From Alphaproteobacteria bacterium (GTDB lineage Bacteria > Pseudomonadota > Alphaproteobacteria > CAAGCB01 > CAG-977): 53,950 bases of DNA. Positions 1 to 9,280 of this stretch are shown one piece after another. The stretch is from the NCBI GenBank assembly GCA_017539865.1, contig JAFYCE010000062.1, positions 1 through 53,950 of the forward strand, in the 5' to 3' direction. The notes under the pieces are model-generated. The model saw only the letters and a program-made list of their open reading frames with translations, was not told where the DNA came from and searched no databases. Made by a program: the position numbers and the translations under genes. Every line of letters begins with the position of its first letter. Position 1 is the stretch's first letter.

Positions 1-156
1 ATCAACAACCTGCAGTCCGGTGCCGACAAGTTGACGCTGGCTGACATGAACGAAGAAGGCGCCAACATGTTGGCTCTTCAGACACGTCAGCAGTTGGGCC
101 TCAACTCCTTGTCGCTGGCTTCTCAGGCTGCTCAAGGTGTGTTGCGTCTGTTCTAA
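1..156 (+). CDS. fliC: Flagellin, C-terminal end (partial; gene starts before the window)
   Basis: Frame 1 translates to INNLQSGADKLTLADMNEEGANMLALQTRQQLGLNSLSLASQAAQGVLRLF*, the conserved flagellin C-terminal helix of alphaproteobacterial type. Confidence 0.93.
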   Translation: MNNLQSGADKLTLADMNEEGANMLALQTRQQLGLNSLSLASQAAQGVLRLF

Positions 157-180
157 TCGCTTTAAAGAGCTTACAAAAGG

Positions 181-213
181 CAAAGGCGGGGTTTTCCCCG
201 CCTTTGTTTTTTT
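181..213 (+). terminator. Intrinsic terminator of the flagellin gene
   Basis: CAAAGGCGGGG-TTTT-CCCCGCCTTTG perfect hairpin followed by a T run. Confidence 0.9.
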
Positions 214-219
214 CAATAA

Positions 220-232
220 AATCAAATCGTTA
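220..232 (+). promoter_or_regulatory. IHF-binding-site match
   Basis: AATCAA-ATCG-TTA matches WATCAANNNNTTR exactly, just upstream of the promoter at 257. Confidence 0.45.
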
Positions 233-256
233 TATGCGTTTTTCCATTCATCCCAC

Positions 257-284
257 TTGATTTTCACTTTTTTTCCATTATAAT
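257..284 (+). promoter_or_regulatory. Sigma70-type promoter of ORF 315
   Basis: TTGATT-16 nt-TATAAT; RBS GAGGAG at 301-306. Confidence 0.6.
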
Positions 285-314
285 TATTCTTTCTTTTTCA
301 GAGGAGAAACGGAA

Positions 315-1406
315 ATGGAATTGAATTGGCGTCCCGGAATGCCCAGAAAAGAAGAAAAAGAATTTTTTTCGGATTTCTTGGAAACATTACGCAATAACTA
401 TAATGTGCGTCACCAGCCCAGACTGTTCAATTTCAAATGGCGGAAAGACCCCGAACCCGAACCGTGGCTGCCTGTTTACGACGATATGGTATTAAGCTAT
501 CTGACGCCTAAGGAAATCAAAAAATACGAAGACGCCGGAGAAACTAAAAAAAATATGATTGATCGCGCAAAAAACATGATTTTCGAACAAGCGTGGAACA
601 ATCATAAACCATATGAGGATTTTCAAAACGACTCCGATTTTCTGGAAAAGAAAGAAGCTTTCAGAAAAAACTTCGAAAAAGACCCTGTTTATCACACATT
701 AAGCATCGTCGCGCACAAGGAAAGTTTCCGTTCCGAATATTCGGGGAAACCTGAAGCTTGGGAATATCCGGACGTTCTGGCGGAAATGGCTGAAAAAAAG
801 CGTAACATCCATTTGATGCCCGTTCAATACATGATGAGCGATAGCGCTATCGGAAGAAGATCTTGGGAAATATTGAAAAACAATAAATATTTCATTGATT
901 TCGACGCGGCGGACGATACCGTTTGCAGCGTTGATACGGAAAAGAAAAAAATCACTTTGAACGCTTCCGCTTCAAAAGAGGCTTGTGTTTTGTCATTGGT
1001 TCGTTCTGCCCGTCTTTTGATGCCGGACGAATACAGCAACACATCTTCCGTCGAAGCAACGGAAGCCCGCAAAGCCGATGCCGTATCGGCTCAACTGGCT
1101 TTTGCCGAAGAAATGCGCGTGAAAAATCCGAAAATTCTGGCTGTGTTTAAAGCTAACGGAAATGAATCTTTGTGTGATGCGTTTGATAAAACTTTGAATG
1201 AAACGAACGACTGGGACGCCGCCCGCTCGGCCGCCGTCGACAGCTATTTAAACAAAGTCGCACATGACCGTAAACCGTCTTCGAAAATCATTGCCAGAAT
1301 GTGCAAAAACGTATACGGACTAAGCTATTACATCCCGTCCGGAAGCAATTCAAACGATACTGTTCGCACTGCAATCACGGTAAAAAACAAACAACAGGGA
1401 CGATGA
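315..1406 (+). CDS. Hypothetical protein; degenerate zincin-like paralogue of the 25273 and 50252 proteins
   Basis: 363 aa with RBS. C-half aligns by eye with 25273 (ITLN..LSLVRSAR vs IMLN..NCVHEMTH; EARKADAVSAQLAFAEEM vs RAKEAGAYVQESAFANEI); ends KNKQQGR. Confidence 0.7.
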   Translation: MELNWRPGMPRKEEKEFFSDFLETLRNNYNVRHQPRLFNFKWRKDPEPEPWLPVYDDMVLSYLTPKEIKKYEDAGETKKNMIDRAKNMIFEQAWNNHKPYEDFQNDSDFLEKKEAFRKNFEKDPVYHTLSIVAHKESFRSEYSGKPEAWEYPDVLAEMAEKKRNIHLMPVQYMMSDSAIGRRSWEILKNNKYFIDFDAADDTVCSVDTEKKKITLNASASKEACVLSLVRSARLLMPDEYSNTSSVEATEARKADAVSAQLAFAEEMRVKNPKILAVFKANGNESLCDAFDKTLNETNDWDAARSAAVDSYLNKVAHDRKPSSKIIARMCKNVYGLSYYIPSGSNSNDTVRTAITVKNKQQGR

Positions 1407-1421
1407 TTTTTTTCATACCGG

Positions 1422-1452
1422 AAACGGCGGAATTTTCAGATTCCGCCGTTTT
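1422..1452. terminator. Probable bidirectional terminator between convergent genes
   Basis: AAACGGCGGAAT-TTTCAG-ATTCCGCCGTTT hairpin. Confidence 0.75.
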
Positions 1453-1479
1453 ATCATCGTTTTCCCCGACGAAAAGCAG

Positions 1480-2055
1480 CTAATAGTTCTCTGCCGCGAT
1501 TTCGTAATATTCCTGTTTGTGCAGACAGGCGGGACAGATTTTCGGGGCTTCCGCGCCTTCGTGGACATAACCGCACTTGCGGCAACGCCATTTTTTCGGT
1601 TCCTCACGTTTGAAAACCCGCTCTTTTTGCATATTTTCCTGCAATTTGCGGTATCTCTGCCCGTGAAAGATTTCGGCGACGATCACCGCGCGATACATCT
1701 GCGCGATTTCAGGAAAACCCTCCTTTTCCGCCGTTTCGGCGCACATCGGATAAAGCTCTTTGTATTCGTGTTCCTCGCCTTTCGCCGCGTCATCAAGGTT
1801 TTCCAAAGTCGAACGGATCTGTCCCGCCGGATAGGTTCCCGTTACTTCCAAATCGCCGCCTTCAAGGAATTTGAACATACGCTTGGCGTGTTCCTTTTCC
1901 TGATCGGCCGTTTCCAGAAAAATCGCCGCGATCTGTTGATAGCCTTCCTTTTCGGCGACGCGCGCCCAGTAGGTGTATCGCATTCTGGCTTGCGATTCGC
2001 CCGCGAAAGTCATTAAAAGATTTTTTTCCGTTTGTGTTCCTTTGACAGATTTCAT
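1480..2055 (-). CDS. rbr: Rubrerythrin
   Basis: FAGESQA, EKEHAK, EEHE di-iron ligands; C-terminal rubredoxin-like CRKC...CPAC. Confidence 0.95.
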   Translation of the reverse strand: MKSVKGTQTEKNLLMTFAGESQARMRYTYWARVAEKEGYQQIAAIFLETADQEKEHAKRMFKFLEGGDLEVTGTYPAGQIRSTLENLDDAAKGEEHEYKELYPMCAETAEKEGFPEIAQMYRAVIVAEIFHGQRYRKLQENMQKERVFKREEPKKWRCRKCGYVHEGAEAPKICPACLHKQEYYEIAAENY

Positions 2056-2084
2056 TTGTTTTTCTCTCCTTTAAAGTTAAAAAA

Positions 2085-3857
2085 TCACGGAATGAACGGC
2101 GACAGATAAATCAATCCGTTATCCACTTTGAACATCATTTCGACACCGGCTTCGCGCAACTTTCTTTCGTCCATCAAAGCCTTGTCTTTCAGCCTGATAT
2201 GAACGCCGCCGTCCGCCGCGTGTTCGCCGCTTTCGATGTTGTGTTCGCCCCCCAAAGCTTTTTCGACCGCTTCGGACAGGGAGAACTTCTTTTCCGATGG
2301 AACGGGAATGTCCCGCGAATGTGTCCGCAAGTATTCCTCCATATCGGTTTTCAGATTTTCGGAAGCCGTCCCGAAAACCGCCTGAACGCCGGAACCGACA
2401 CGCATAACGCCGGCCGCCCCCAACGCTTTCAGCTTGTCGTCGGACGCTTTTGAAGGGTCGTTTAAAATCAGGCGCAAGCGTGTGATGCAGGCGTCAAGGT
2501 TCTTGATATTTTCACGGCCGCCGAACGCTTCGACCAATTTTTCAGCCATTTTCATTTTATCGTCATGCCCTGCCAGAGCGGCCGCCTGCGCCATCGGAAC
2601 GACAGAGTCCTCGTCCCGTCCGGGGGTCTTCATGTTAAACGCCGTGATGACAACGCGGAAAACGATGTAATACAAAACGGCGTAAACCGGCCCCAGAATG
2701 AAAACTATCCACGGCTTCGTATCAAGAGCATAAAACAATGCAAAGTCGATCGCGCCCTGCGAAAACGTGTAACCGATATGCGCGCCGACCAGATTTATCA
2801 GCGCAAAAGCCGATCCGACCATAACGGCGTGAATGAAATAGAGCATCGGCGCGACGAACAGAAAAGAAAATTCCAGCGGTTCCGTGATGCCCGTTAAAAA
2901 CGACGTCAACGCCGCGGACGCCATAATGCCGCTGACTTTCAAGCGATTTTCAGGCTTGGCGGTATGCAGAATCGCCAGCGCCGCCGCCGGCAGTCCGAAC
3001 ATCTTGATCAGGAAACCTCCGCCCAAAATGCCGGCCGTCTTGTCGCCTGCGAAAAAGCGGGGAATGTCGCCGGTAACGACTTCGCCCAGCTTGTTCGTGT
3101 AAGACCCGATTTCAAAAAAGAACGGCACGTTCCAGATATGATGAAGCCCGAACGGCAACAACAGCCTTTCAACAAAGCCGTAAGTGGCTCCCGCGACCGT
3201 CGGCGCGCTGTACGCCGCCCACATTGAAAACTCGCTGATTTTTTCCTGAATCGGCGGCCAGAACAGGCTTAAAAACACGCCGAGCACAATCGCCACCAAA
3301 GAGGTAATGATTGGAACGGAACGCTTTCCCGCGAAAAATCCCAAATAAGGCGGCAGCTGGATTCTGTAAAATCTTTTATAGATGTAAGCCGCGACGACGC
3401 CGACGAACAGACCGCCGAAAACGCCCGTTTCAATCGTCTTGATGCCCATATTCGTCGCAACGATTTTTCGGGCGAACGCAACGTCGTAATCCAACGACTG
3501 CGCCAGAACGCCCAACGTTTCCCGACCTTCGGAAACGTGGAACCACAACACGTCCGCCATGACGCCCATTGTCGCCAACATCACGATAAAGCCCGTCACC
3601 GCCGCCAACGCCGCAACACCGTCGTTATCCGTCAGCCCCAACGTCGTACCGATAGCGAAAATCAACGGCATATTGGCAAAAATCACATTGCCGCTTTGAC
3701 TCATGATTTGCGGAATAATTGGCGGAAGCCATGAAATTTCCGCCGTCAACAGTCCCGACCCGATGCCCAAAAGCAATCCCGCAACAGGCAGGACGGCAAC
3801 AGGCAGCATCAGGGATTTTCCGATTTGCTGTAAGAACATAAACACCTTTTTAATCAT
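2085..3857 (-). CDS. ptsG: PTS glucose-family EIICB, with an extra degenerate EIIB-like C-terminal domain
   Basis: [27 protein letters not shown]; [12 protein letters not shown] with the phospho-Cys. Confidence 0.9.
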   Translation of the reverse strand: MIKKVFMFLQQIGKSLMLPVAVLPVAGLLLGIGSGLLTAEISWLPPIIPQIMSQSGNVIFANMPLIFAIGTTLGLTDNDGVAALAAVTGFIVMLATMGVMADVLWFHVSEGRETLGVLAQSLDYDVAFARKIVATNMGIKTIETGVFGGLFVGVVAAYIYKRFYRIQLPPYLGFFAGKRSVPIITSLVAIVLGVFLSLFWPPIQEKISEFSMWAAYSAPTVAGATYGFVERLLLPFGLHHIWNVPFFFEIGSYTNKLGEVVTGDIPRFFAGDKTAGILGGGFLIKMFGLPAAALAILHTAKPENRLKVSGIMASAALTSFLTGITEPLEFSFLFVAPMLYFIHAVMVGSAFALINLVGAHIGYTFSQGAIDFALFYALDTKPWIVFILGPVYAVLYYIVFRVVITAFNMKTPGRDEDSVVPMAQAAALAGHDDKMKMAEKLVEAFGGRENIKNLDACITRLRLILNDPSKASDDKLKALGAAGVMRVGSGVQAVFGTASENLKTDMEEYLRTHSRDIPVPSEKKFSLSEAVEKALGGEHNIESGEHAADGGVHIRLKDKALMDERKLREAGVEMMFKVDNGLIYLSPFIP

Positions 3858-3860
3858 AAT

Positions 3861-6395
3861 TCATTCTCCCCGACCGGATAAAAATTCTTCTACGATTTTA
3901 TGAACGGCAGAGGCCGTTTCCTGCCCGACGGCCAGCCTTGCCAAATCTTCACACCTTGCAAACGACAAAGAACGTATTTGCGCTTTGATAGCCGGAATCA
4001 AAGGCGGCACAACACTTAATTCTTTCACGCCCAGACCAATCAGAACGGGGACGGCTTTTTCCTCGCCCGCCATCGCGCCGCAGACGCCGACCCATTTGCC
4101 ATGCTTTTTCGCCCCCTCAACCGTCATTTGAATCATGCGCAGAACGGCGGGATGCAAGCCGTCCGACAACTCCGCCAACAACGGATTGCCCCGATCGCTT
4201 GCCATAACGTATTGGGTCAGGTCGTTCGTGCCGATTGAAAAGAAATCGACATAAGGGGCTAACACATCCGCCGTTATCGCCGCTGCGGGGATTTCAATCA
4301 TAATGCCCGTTTCGACCGCCGGAGCGTTCATCAGTTCCCGTTCTTCCGCAACGATTTGCTTGGCAAGTTTCAACTCCTCCAGCGTCGTCACCATCGGAAA
4401 CATAATACGGATTTTGGTCTTGTCCGCAGCTTTTAAAATCGCCCTGATTTGAGAGCGAAACAGCGCCTGATGACGCAGACTTAAGCGCAATCCGCGCACA
4501 CCAAGGAACGGATTGGCTTCCTCCGGTTCTTTGATATAGGGCAGTTCCTTGTCTCCGCCGACATCCAGCGTTCTGACAATTACGGATTTATTTTTACCGA
4601 TGATTTCGGCAATTTTACCATAAACGGCCGCTTGCTCCGGTTCGCTTGGCGCTTCCTGCCGGCTCAAGAATAAAAACTCCGAGCGCAAAAGTCCGACCGC
4701 CTCCCCGCCGGAAGAAACGACGCGGCTGGTGTCTTCCGCGCTGCCGACATTGCCCGCGATTTCCAGACGAACGCCATCCGTCGTAATCGCCGGTTCGTTT
4801 CTTTTCTGAAACAGCTCCGCCTGCGTCCGGTGTTCCTTTTCTTTGTGCCGCAGAACGTCTTTTTTTTCTTTTTCATCGGGATTCAAATGCAATTCCCCTT
4901 TTCCGCCGTCCAGCAAAACGGGCGTGCCGTTGATGATGTTCAACACTTTTTCCGACAATCCCGAAACGGCGGGCAACATCATCGAACGCGCCAAAATCGC
5001 CGCATGCGATGACGCTCCGCCAACAACGGTCGCAAACCCCGCCACCTTTGTTTTATCAAGCAAAGCTGTGTCGGAAGGCGTCAGCTCCCGCGTAATGATA
5101 ATCGCATTGTCGGGCAAACTGATTCTTTGTTCCGCCGTTCCCGTCAACAGTCTTAGCACGCGCTTTCCGACATCCTGCAAATCCGCCGCGCGGCCGGCCA
5201 ACAAAGCGTTTTTCATTTCCGAAAACTGCCGCGCCTGCTTGTTGATTGTCTGCTGCCACGCAAAAGCGGCGCTTCGGCCGTCCTCAATCAATTTTTGAGC
5301 GTTTTCAAGCAATTCCGGATCTCCCAGTAATTCCTGATGAGCGATGAAGATTGCGGCTTTATCCGGCTCCGACTTTTTCATCATCTTTTCACTTAAATCG
5401 GCCAATTCATCGGACGCTTCGGACAACGCATTCATCAGTTTTTCCTTTTCTTTGGACGGCGGCGCGCCGAATTCCTCGACATCGAAAGCGGCGTCTTTCA
5501 ACTGAACAGCCACGCCGACCGCCGTTCCCGAAGACGCCGCTATCCCGAAAAACAGATTTTCCCTATCCGCATCTTTTGAAACGTTTTCTTCGATCAAAAC
5601 AGGAGCTTGAGTCAGTTCCTCGCCCAAACCCGTTTCAATCATCGGAATCAGCTTTTTCATCGCTTCGGTTGCGTCATAGCCGTCCGCCGTCAGGCGTACA
5701 TGATCGCCGTTCTTGATATCCAAGGCCATCACGGCGGTCAGACTTTTGGCGTTTGCTTTTTTATCGCCGAAAACCAGTTCGATTTCACAATTAAACCGCT
5801 TGGCCGCATTGACCAGAACGGCAGCGGGACGCGCATGAAGCCCGACCGGATTTTTGATTTCGATCTTCCATGATTCCGTCTTCATCCCTTTAACGGACGG
5901 CATCGGAATGATTTGCGCCTCTTTTTTCAGAGCGACCGTTAAAATTACATCTTTGCCCGCCGTCACATTTTTGTTTGTCATTGCCGTAACGCCGGTTGTC
6001 TGCTCCATATTTGCGACGACGATTTCCGTTAAAAGACTTTTCCCGTTTTTTTCGATGACTTCCGGCTGAAAAGCAATCAGACAATCGCCTTTTCTGACTT
6101 TCTGTCCGACGGACACTTTCAAATCAAAACCGGTTCCTTTCAACAAAACCGTATCCAAACCGACGTGCATCAAAACATCGATGCCCTGCTCCGTCCGCAT
6201 GGTCAGAGCGTGCTTGGACGAATGAATGTTGACGATTGTTCCGTCACACGGCGCGCACAGCATAAACGAGGACGGTGCGATCGAAATACCGTCTCCGATT
6301 GTTTTTTGCGCGAACACCATGTCCGGCACGGTTTCGATCGACTGCGTCTTTCCCGAAACAGGGGCATAAAGTTCCAATATTTTATCTTTAATCAT
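3861..6395 (-). CDS. ptsP: Multiphosphoryl transfer protein EIIA(Glc)-HPr-Enzyme I fusion
   Basis: EIIA LMHVGLDTV; HPr GLHARPA and NAKS; EI SSHAAI, GLLRSEF, RTLDVGGDK, SIGTNDL. Start at 6395 with RBS GGGAGA. Confidence 0.92.
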   Translation of the reverse strand: MIKDKILELYAPVSGKTQSIETVPDMVFAQKTIGDGISIAPSSFMLCAPCDGTIVNIHSSKHALTMRTEQGIDVLMHVGLDTVLLKGTGFDLKVSVGQKVRKGDCLIAFQPEVIEKNGKSLLTEIVVANMEQTTGVTAMTNKNVTAGKDVILTVALKKEAQIIPMPSVKGMKTESWKIEIKNPVGLHARPAAVLVNAAKRFNCEIELVFGDKKANAKSLTAVMALDIKNGDHVRLTADGYDATEAMKKLIPMIETGLGEELTQAPVLIEENVSKDADRENLFFGIAASSGTAVGVAVQLKDAAFDVEEFGAPPSKEKEKLMNALSEASDELADLSEKMMKKSEPDKAAIFIAHQELLGDPELLENAQKLIEDGRSAAFAWQQTINKQARQFSEMKNALLAGRAADLQDVGKRVLRLLTGTAEQRISLPDNAIIITRELTPSDTALLDKTKVAGFATVVGGASSHAAILARSMMLPAVSGLSEKVLNIINGTPVLLDGGKGELHLNPDEKEKKDVLRHKEKEHRTQAELFQKRNEPAITTDGVRLEIAGNVGSAEDTSRVVSSGGEAVGLLRSEFLFLSRQEAPSEPEQAAVYGKIAEIIGKNKSVIVRTLDVGGDKELPYIKEPEEANPFLGVRGLRLSLRHQALFRSQIRAILKAADKTKIRIMFPMVTTLEELKLAKQIVAEERELMNAPAVETGIMIEIPAAAITADVLAPYVDFFSIGTNDLTQYVMASDRGNPLLAELSDGLHPAVLRMIQMTVEGAKKHGKWVGVCGAMAGEEKAVPVLIGLGVKELSVVPPLIPAIKAQIRSLSFARCEDLARLAVGQETASAVHKIVEEFLSGRGE

Positions 6396-6576
6396 AGAAA
6401 TCTCCCGCAAAAAATTTTCTTCAAAGTTTACGGAAAAAATCCGCGCTTTCCCAGACGGCAACAAGGCTATAAACCCCTTGTATACAAAGACTTTTTAAGC
6501 AAAATTTTTATTTGCTTTTCTTTCGCTGCGTTTGCGGGTAAAAATAGAAAAAACAACACTGCGGGATTGCGCCATT

Positions 6577-8043
6577 ATGGAAATCAGAGATAACGCCAAG
6601 TACTTTCGTCGGGAAATTCTCGTCCGCCTGATACGGTCTTTTTTAAAAAACAGGCTTGTTCTGGACGTGGATAAAATCCCCGTTGAAATCCTGCCGATGC
6701 GTCAGGCCGCCTATCGTTGCTGCATCTACAAAGAGCGTGCGATTTTGCGCACGCGCTGTCTGGCCGCTCTGGGCTTTCGGGTCGAAGAAGACGACGAAGT
6801 TACGCCTTTGTCCGAATACGCCCGCCGCGCTTTGAAACGGGAAAAGCCGATTCCGCCCGTTATGACGGTTTTGGATATTGCCTGCAACGAATGCGTGACG
6901 TCGCGCTATGTCGTGACCGAGTTGTGCCAAAGCTGTCTGGCTAGAGCATGCGCTCTGGCGTGTCCGTTCAACGCGATCGACATCAGCAAAGGCCCCGCCC
7001 GTATTGATCCCGACAAATGCAAAAGCTGCGGCAAATGCAAAGAAGCTTGTCCGTATCAAGCCATCATGAAACGCGTCGTGCCGTGCGAGAATGCCTGTCC
7101 TGTCGGTGCAATCAGACGCGGAACGGCGGGACGCGCGGAAATAGACTTTACGAAATGCGTTTCCTGCGGTCAATGCATGCGCGCCTGTCCGTTCGGTGCC
7201 GTTGTCGAGCGCTCTCAAATCATTGACATTTTAAAAGCGATGCTGACGGACAAGAAAAAAATGGTTGCCATGCTTGCCCCTGCGATCGCCGGCCAGTTCT
7301 CGGGAACAGTCAAACAAGTTATTTCCGCCTTACGGGCGATCGGTTTTTCAAGTGTCATTGAAGTCGCTGTCGGCGCGGATATCACGACACGCAATGAAGC
7401 GAAAGAATTCATTGAACGCATGGAAAAGGGCGATGCTTTTATGACGACGTCGTGCTGTCCGGGCTATATTGAAACGGTGAAACGGCACGTCCCCGAACTA
7501 AAAAAATTCGTTTCCGACACGGCGACGCCGATGCACTACACGGCGGAACTGGCAAAAAAAGACCCGCAAGCCGTCACCGTCTTTATCGGGCCTTGCGTTG
7601 CGAAACGGTATGAAGGATTGAACGATCCCCTGATTGATTTTGTGATGACGTTTGAGGAATTGGACGCTTTATTTGAAGCGACGCAAATCAGCGTTTCCGA
7701 CTTTACGGAGGCGGACTTTGACGTCCTGCCGTCCGCGCAGGGACGCGGTTTCGCGGTAACGGGCGGCGTCGCGGCGGCGGTCAATGCCGTTGTCAACGGC
7801 CGTGTCGAAATAAAACCCGTCTGCATTAACGGCATCAAGCCCGCGATGTTAAGACTGTTCAAGACCTATCCGAACGGCAAAGCCCCCGGCAACCTGATCG
7901 AAATGATGACATGCGAAGGCGGATGCATCGCCGGTGCAGGCGTCGTTCGCCCGGCCAAAAAAACAATCAAAGACGTCGAAAAATTTGCCGCCGAAGCGCA
8001 GTCGATTACGCCGGACGAAGAAAAAAATAGAAAGCCTTTTTAA
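6577..8043 (+). CDS. hydA: Monomeric [FeFe]-hydrogenase with ferredoxin-type 4Fe-4S domains
   Basis: H-cluster motifs TTSCCPG, GPCVAKRYE, EMMTCEGGCIAGAG; several CxxCxxCxxxCP motifs. Confidence 0.9.
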   Translation: MEIRDNAKYFRREILVRLIRSFLKNRLVLDVDKIPVEILPMRQAAYRCCIYKERAILRTRCLAALGFRVEEDDEVTPLSEYARRALKREKPIPPVMTVLDIACNECVTSRYVVTELCQSCLARACALACPFNAIDISKGPARIDPDKCKSCGKCKEACPYQAIMKRVVPCENACPVGAIRRGTAGRAEIDFTKCVSCGQCMRACPFGAVVERSQIIDILKAMLTDKKKMVAMLAPAIAGQFSGTVKQVISALRAIGFSSVIEVAVGADITTRNEAKEFIERMEKGDAFMTTSCCPGYIETVKRHVPELKKFVSDTATPMHYTAELAKKDPQAVTVFIGPCVAKRYEGLNDPLIDFVMTFEELDALFEATQISVSDFTEADFDVLPSAQGRGFAVTGGVAAAVNAVVNGRVEIKPVCINGIKPAMLRLFKTYPNGKAPGNLIEMMTCEGGCIAGAGVVRPAKKTIKDVEKFAAEAQSITPDEEKNRKPF

Positions 8044-8084
8044 GCCGCACGTTTTACACGTGACCCGCTTTTTGGAGAGACCCC

Positions 8085-9239
8085 ATGAAGAAAAATTTCT
8101 TTTACAAAAAAACAATAAACGGAGAAAATAAAAAGACATTTATCTTCGGAATACCTTTTTCTTACAAGAAAAAAACGACTGACGGATACATTGATCGCCG
8201 ACTGTTCGGATTATGGAAAGTGAAAAAGAAAGATTGGGAAAAAACATATTATTTTTGCGCCATTCCCTTTTTGAAAAAATCCTTTATAAAAAATAGGCTT
8301 CAAAATCTCGAAAAGAGTTTTCAAAATCTTGCCGAAAAACAGCTTCTCATGTCTCAGCATCTTGCTTCCGCACAGCAGATCCTCAGGGATTTTTCTGTTC
8401 AACAAAATAAAAACATGATAAATATTTTTCTTCAACAAAAAAATGATACAGATTTATTTATTTTACAAAACGATCATATATTATTTGTTTTTTCAAAAGA
8501 AATTTATCTTCATGATAATTTTTTTATTTATAATTATTTTATAAGAAATGATTCCATTGATAAACTCTATAATTTTAGAATTCTCCCTGAAACATGTGAC
8601 CTATATAAAGAACATATCGATGCTTTCAAAAACAAAAATGTCCTGCTTTATAAATATAGCGATCGAATAGGAATTATAAAAAAAACAACAATTACGTACG
8701 AAAACGATGATCTTTTCATAGAGGAAAAATTTTTAGGGATAGAAAATTATGAAGTAGACAACGGTCGAAAATATACAGATATTCCTAAACGTAAAATCAT
8801 ATCCGGAATAACTTTGATGGATTATTTGAAAAACGAAACAGATGAACAACAAAAAAGAATTTTAAAAAATTTTTTCGATTGGCTTTTTGCAACGTATCAA
8901 CATCCGACGGAAAAAGACAAGCTGGACGGAAAACTGATAGATTGCAATCTGGGCAATGTTTTAGTATCAGAAGGAAAATTTCATTTAATCGATCAGGAAT
9001 TTTCTGTTGAATACGGCATATCCAAAGATTTCTGTGTTTGGTATGCCTTAGGGATAAGATGCATATCCTCTCCCTATTACGAATATTTTACGGAATTATA
9101 CGGTTTAAACAAAATTTCTCCTGATGAGCCTCATCCTTTTTGGTTGGAAAATAACGGTATGAAAAAAGCTTATGCTCTTAATCAGAATTTGTTTAATAAA
9201 TATTTTACAGAAGCTTTCCTTATCCCCGAAAGAAATTAA
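8085..9239 (+). CDS. AT-rich hypothetical protein with N-terminal K/F-G-I-P repeats and a kinase-like C-terminal segment
   Basis: 384 aa; repeats KKTFIFGIPF / RRLFGLWKVK / KTYYFCAIPF; IDCNLGNVLV...FHLIDQE resembles a kinase catalytic loop plus metal-binding Asp. Confidence 0.6.
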   Translation: MKKNFFYKKTINGENKKTFIFGIPFSYKKKTTDGYIDRRLFGLWKVKKKDWEKTYYFCAIPFLKKSFIKNRLQNLEKSFQNLAEKQLLMSQHLASAQQILRDFSVQQNKNMINIFLQQKNDTDLFILQNDHILFVFSKEIYLHDNFFIYNYFIRNDSIDKLYNFRILPETCDLYKEHIDAFKNKNVLLYKYSDRIGIIKKTTITYENDDLFIEEKFLGIENYEVDNGRKYTDIPKRKIISGITLMDYLKNETDEQQKRILKNFFDWLFATYQHPTEKDKLDGKLIDCNLGNVLVSEGKFHLIDQEFSVEYGISKDFCVWYALGIRCISSPYYEYFTELYGLNKISPDEPHPFWLENNGMKKAYALNQNLFNKYFTEAFLIPERN

Positions 9240-9280
9240 AAAAGTTCGGGATACTTTGCCCTCAAAATTACAGGCGGCAT

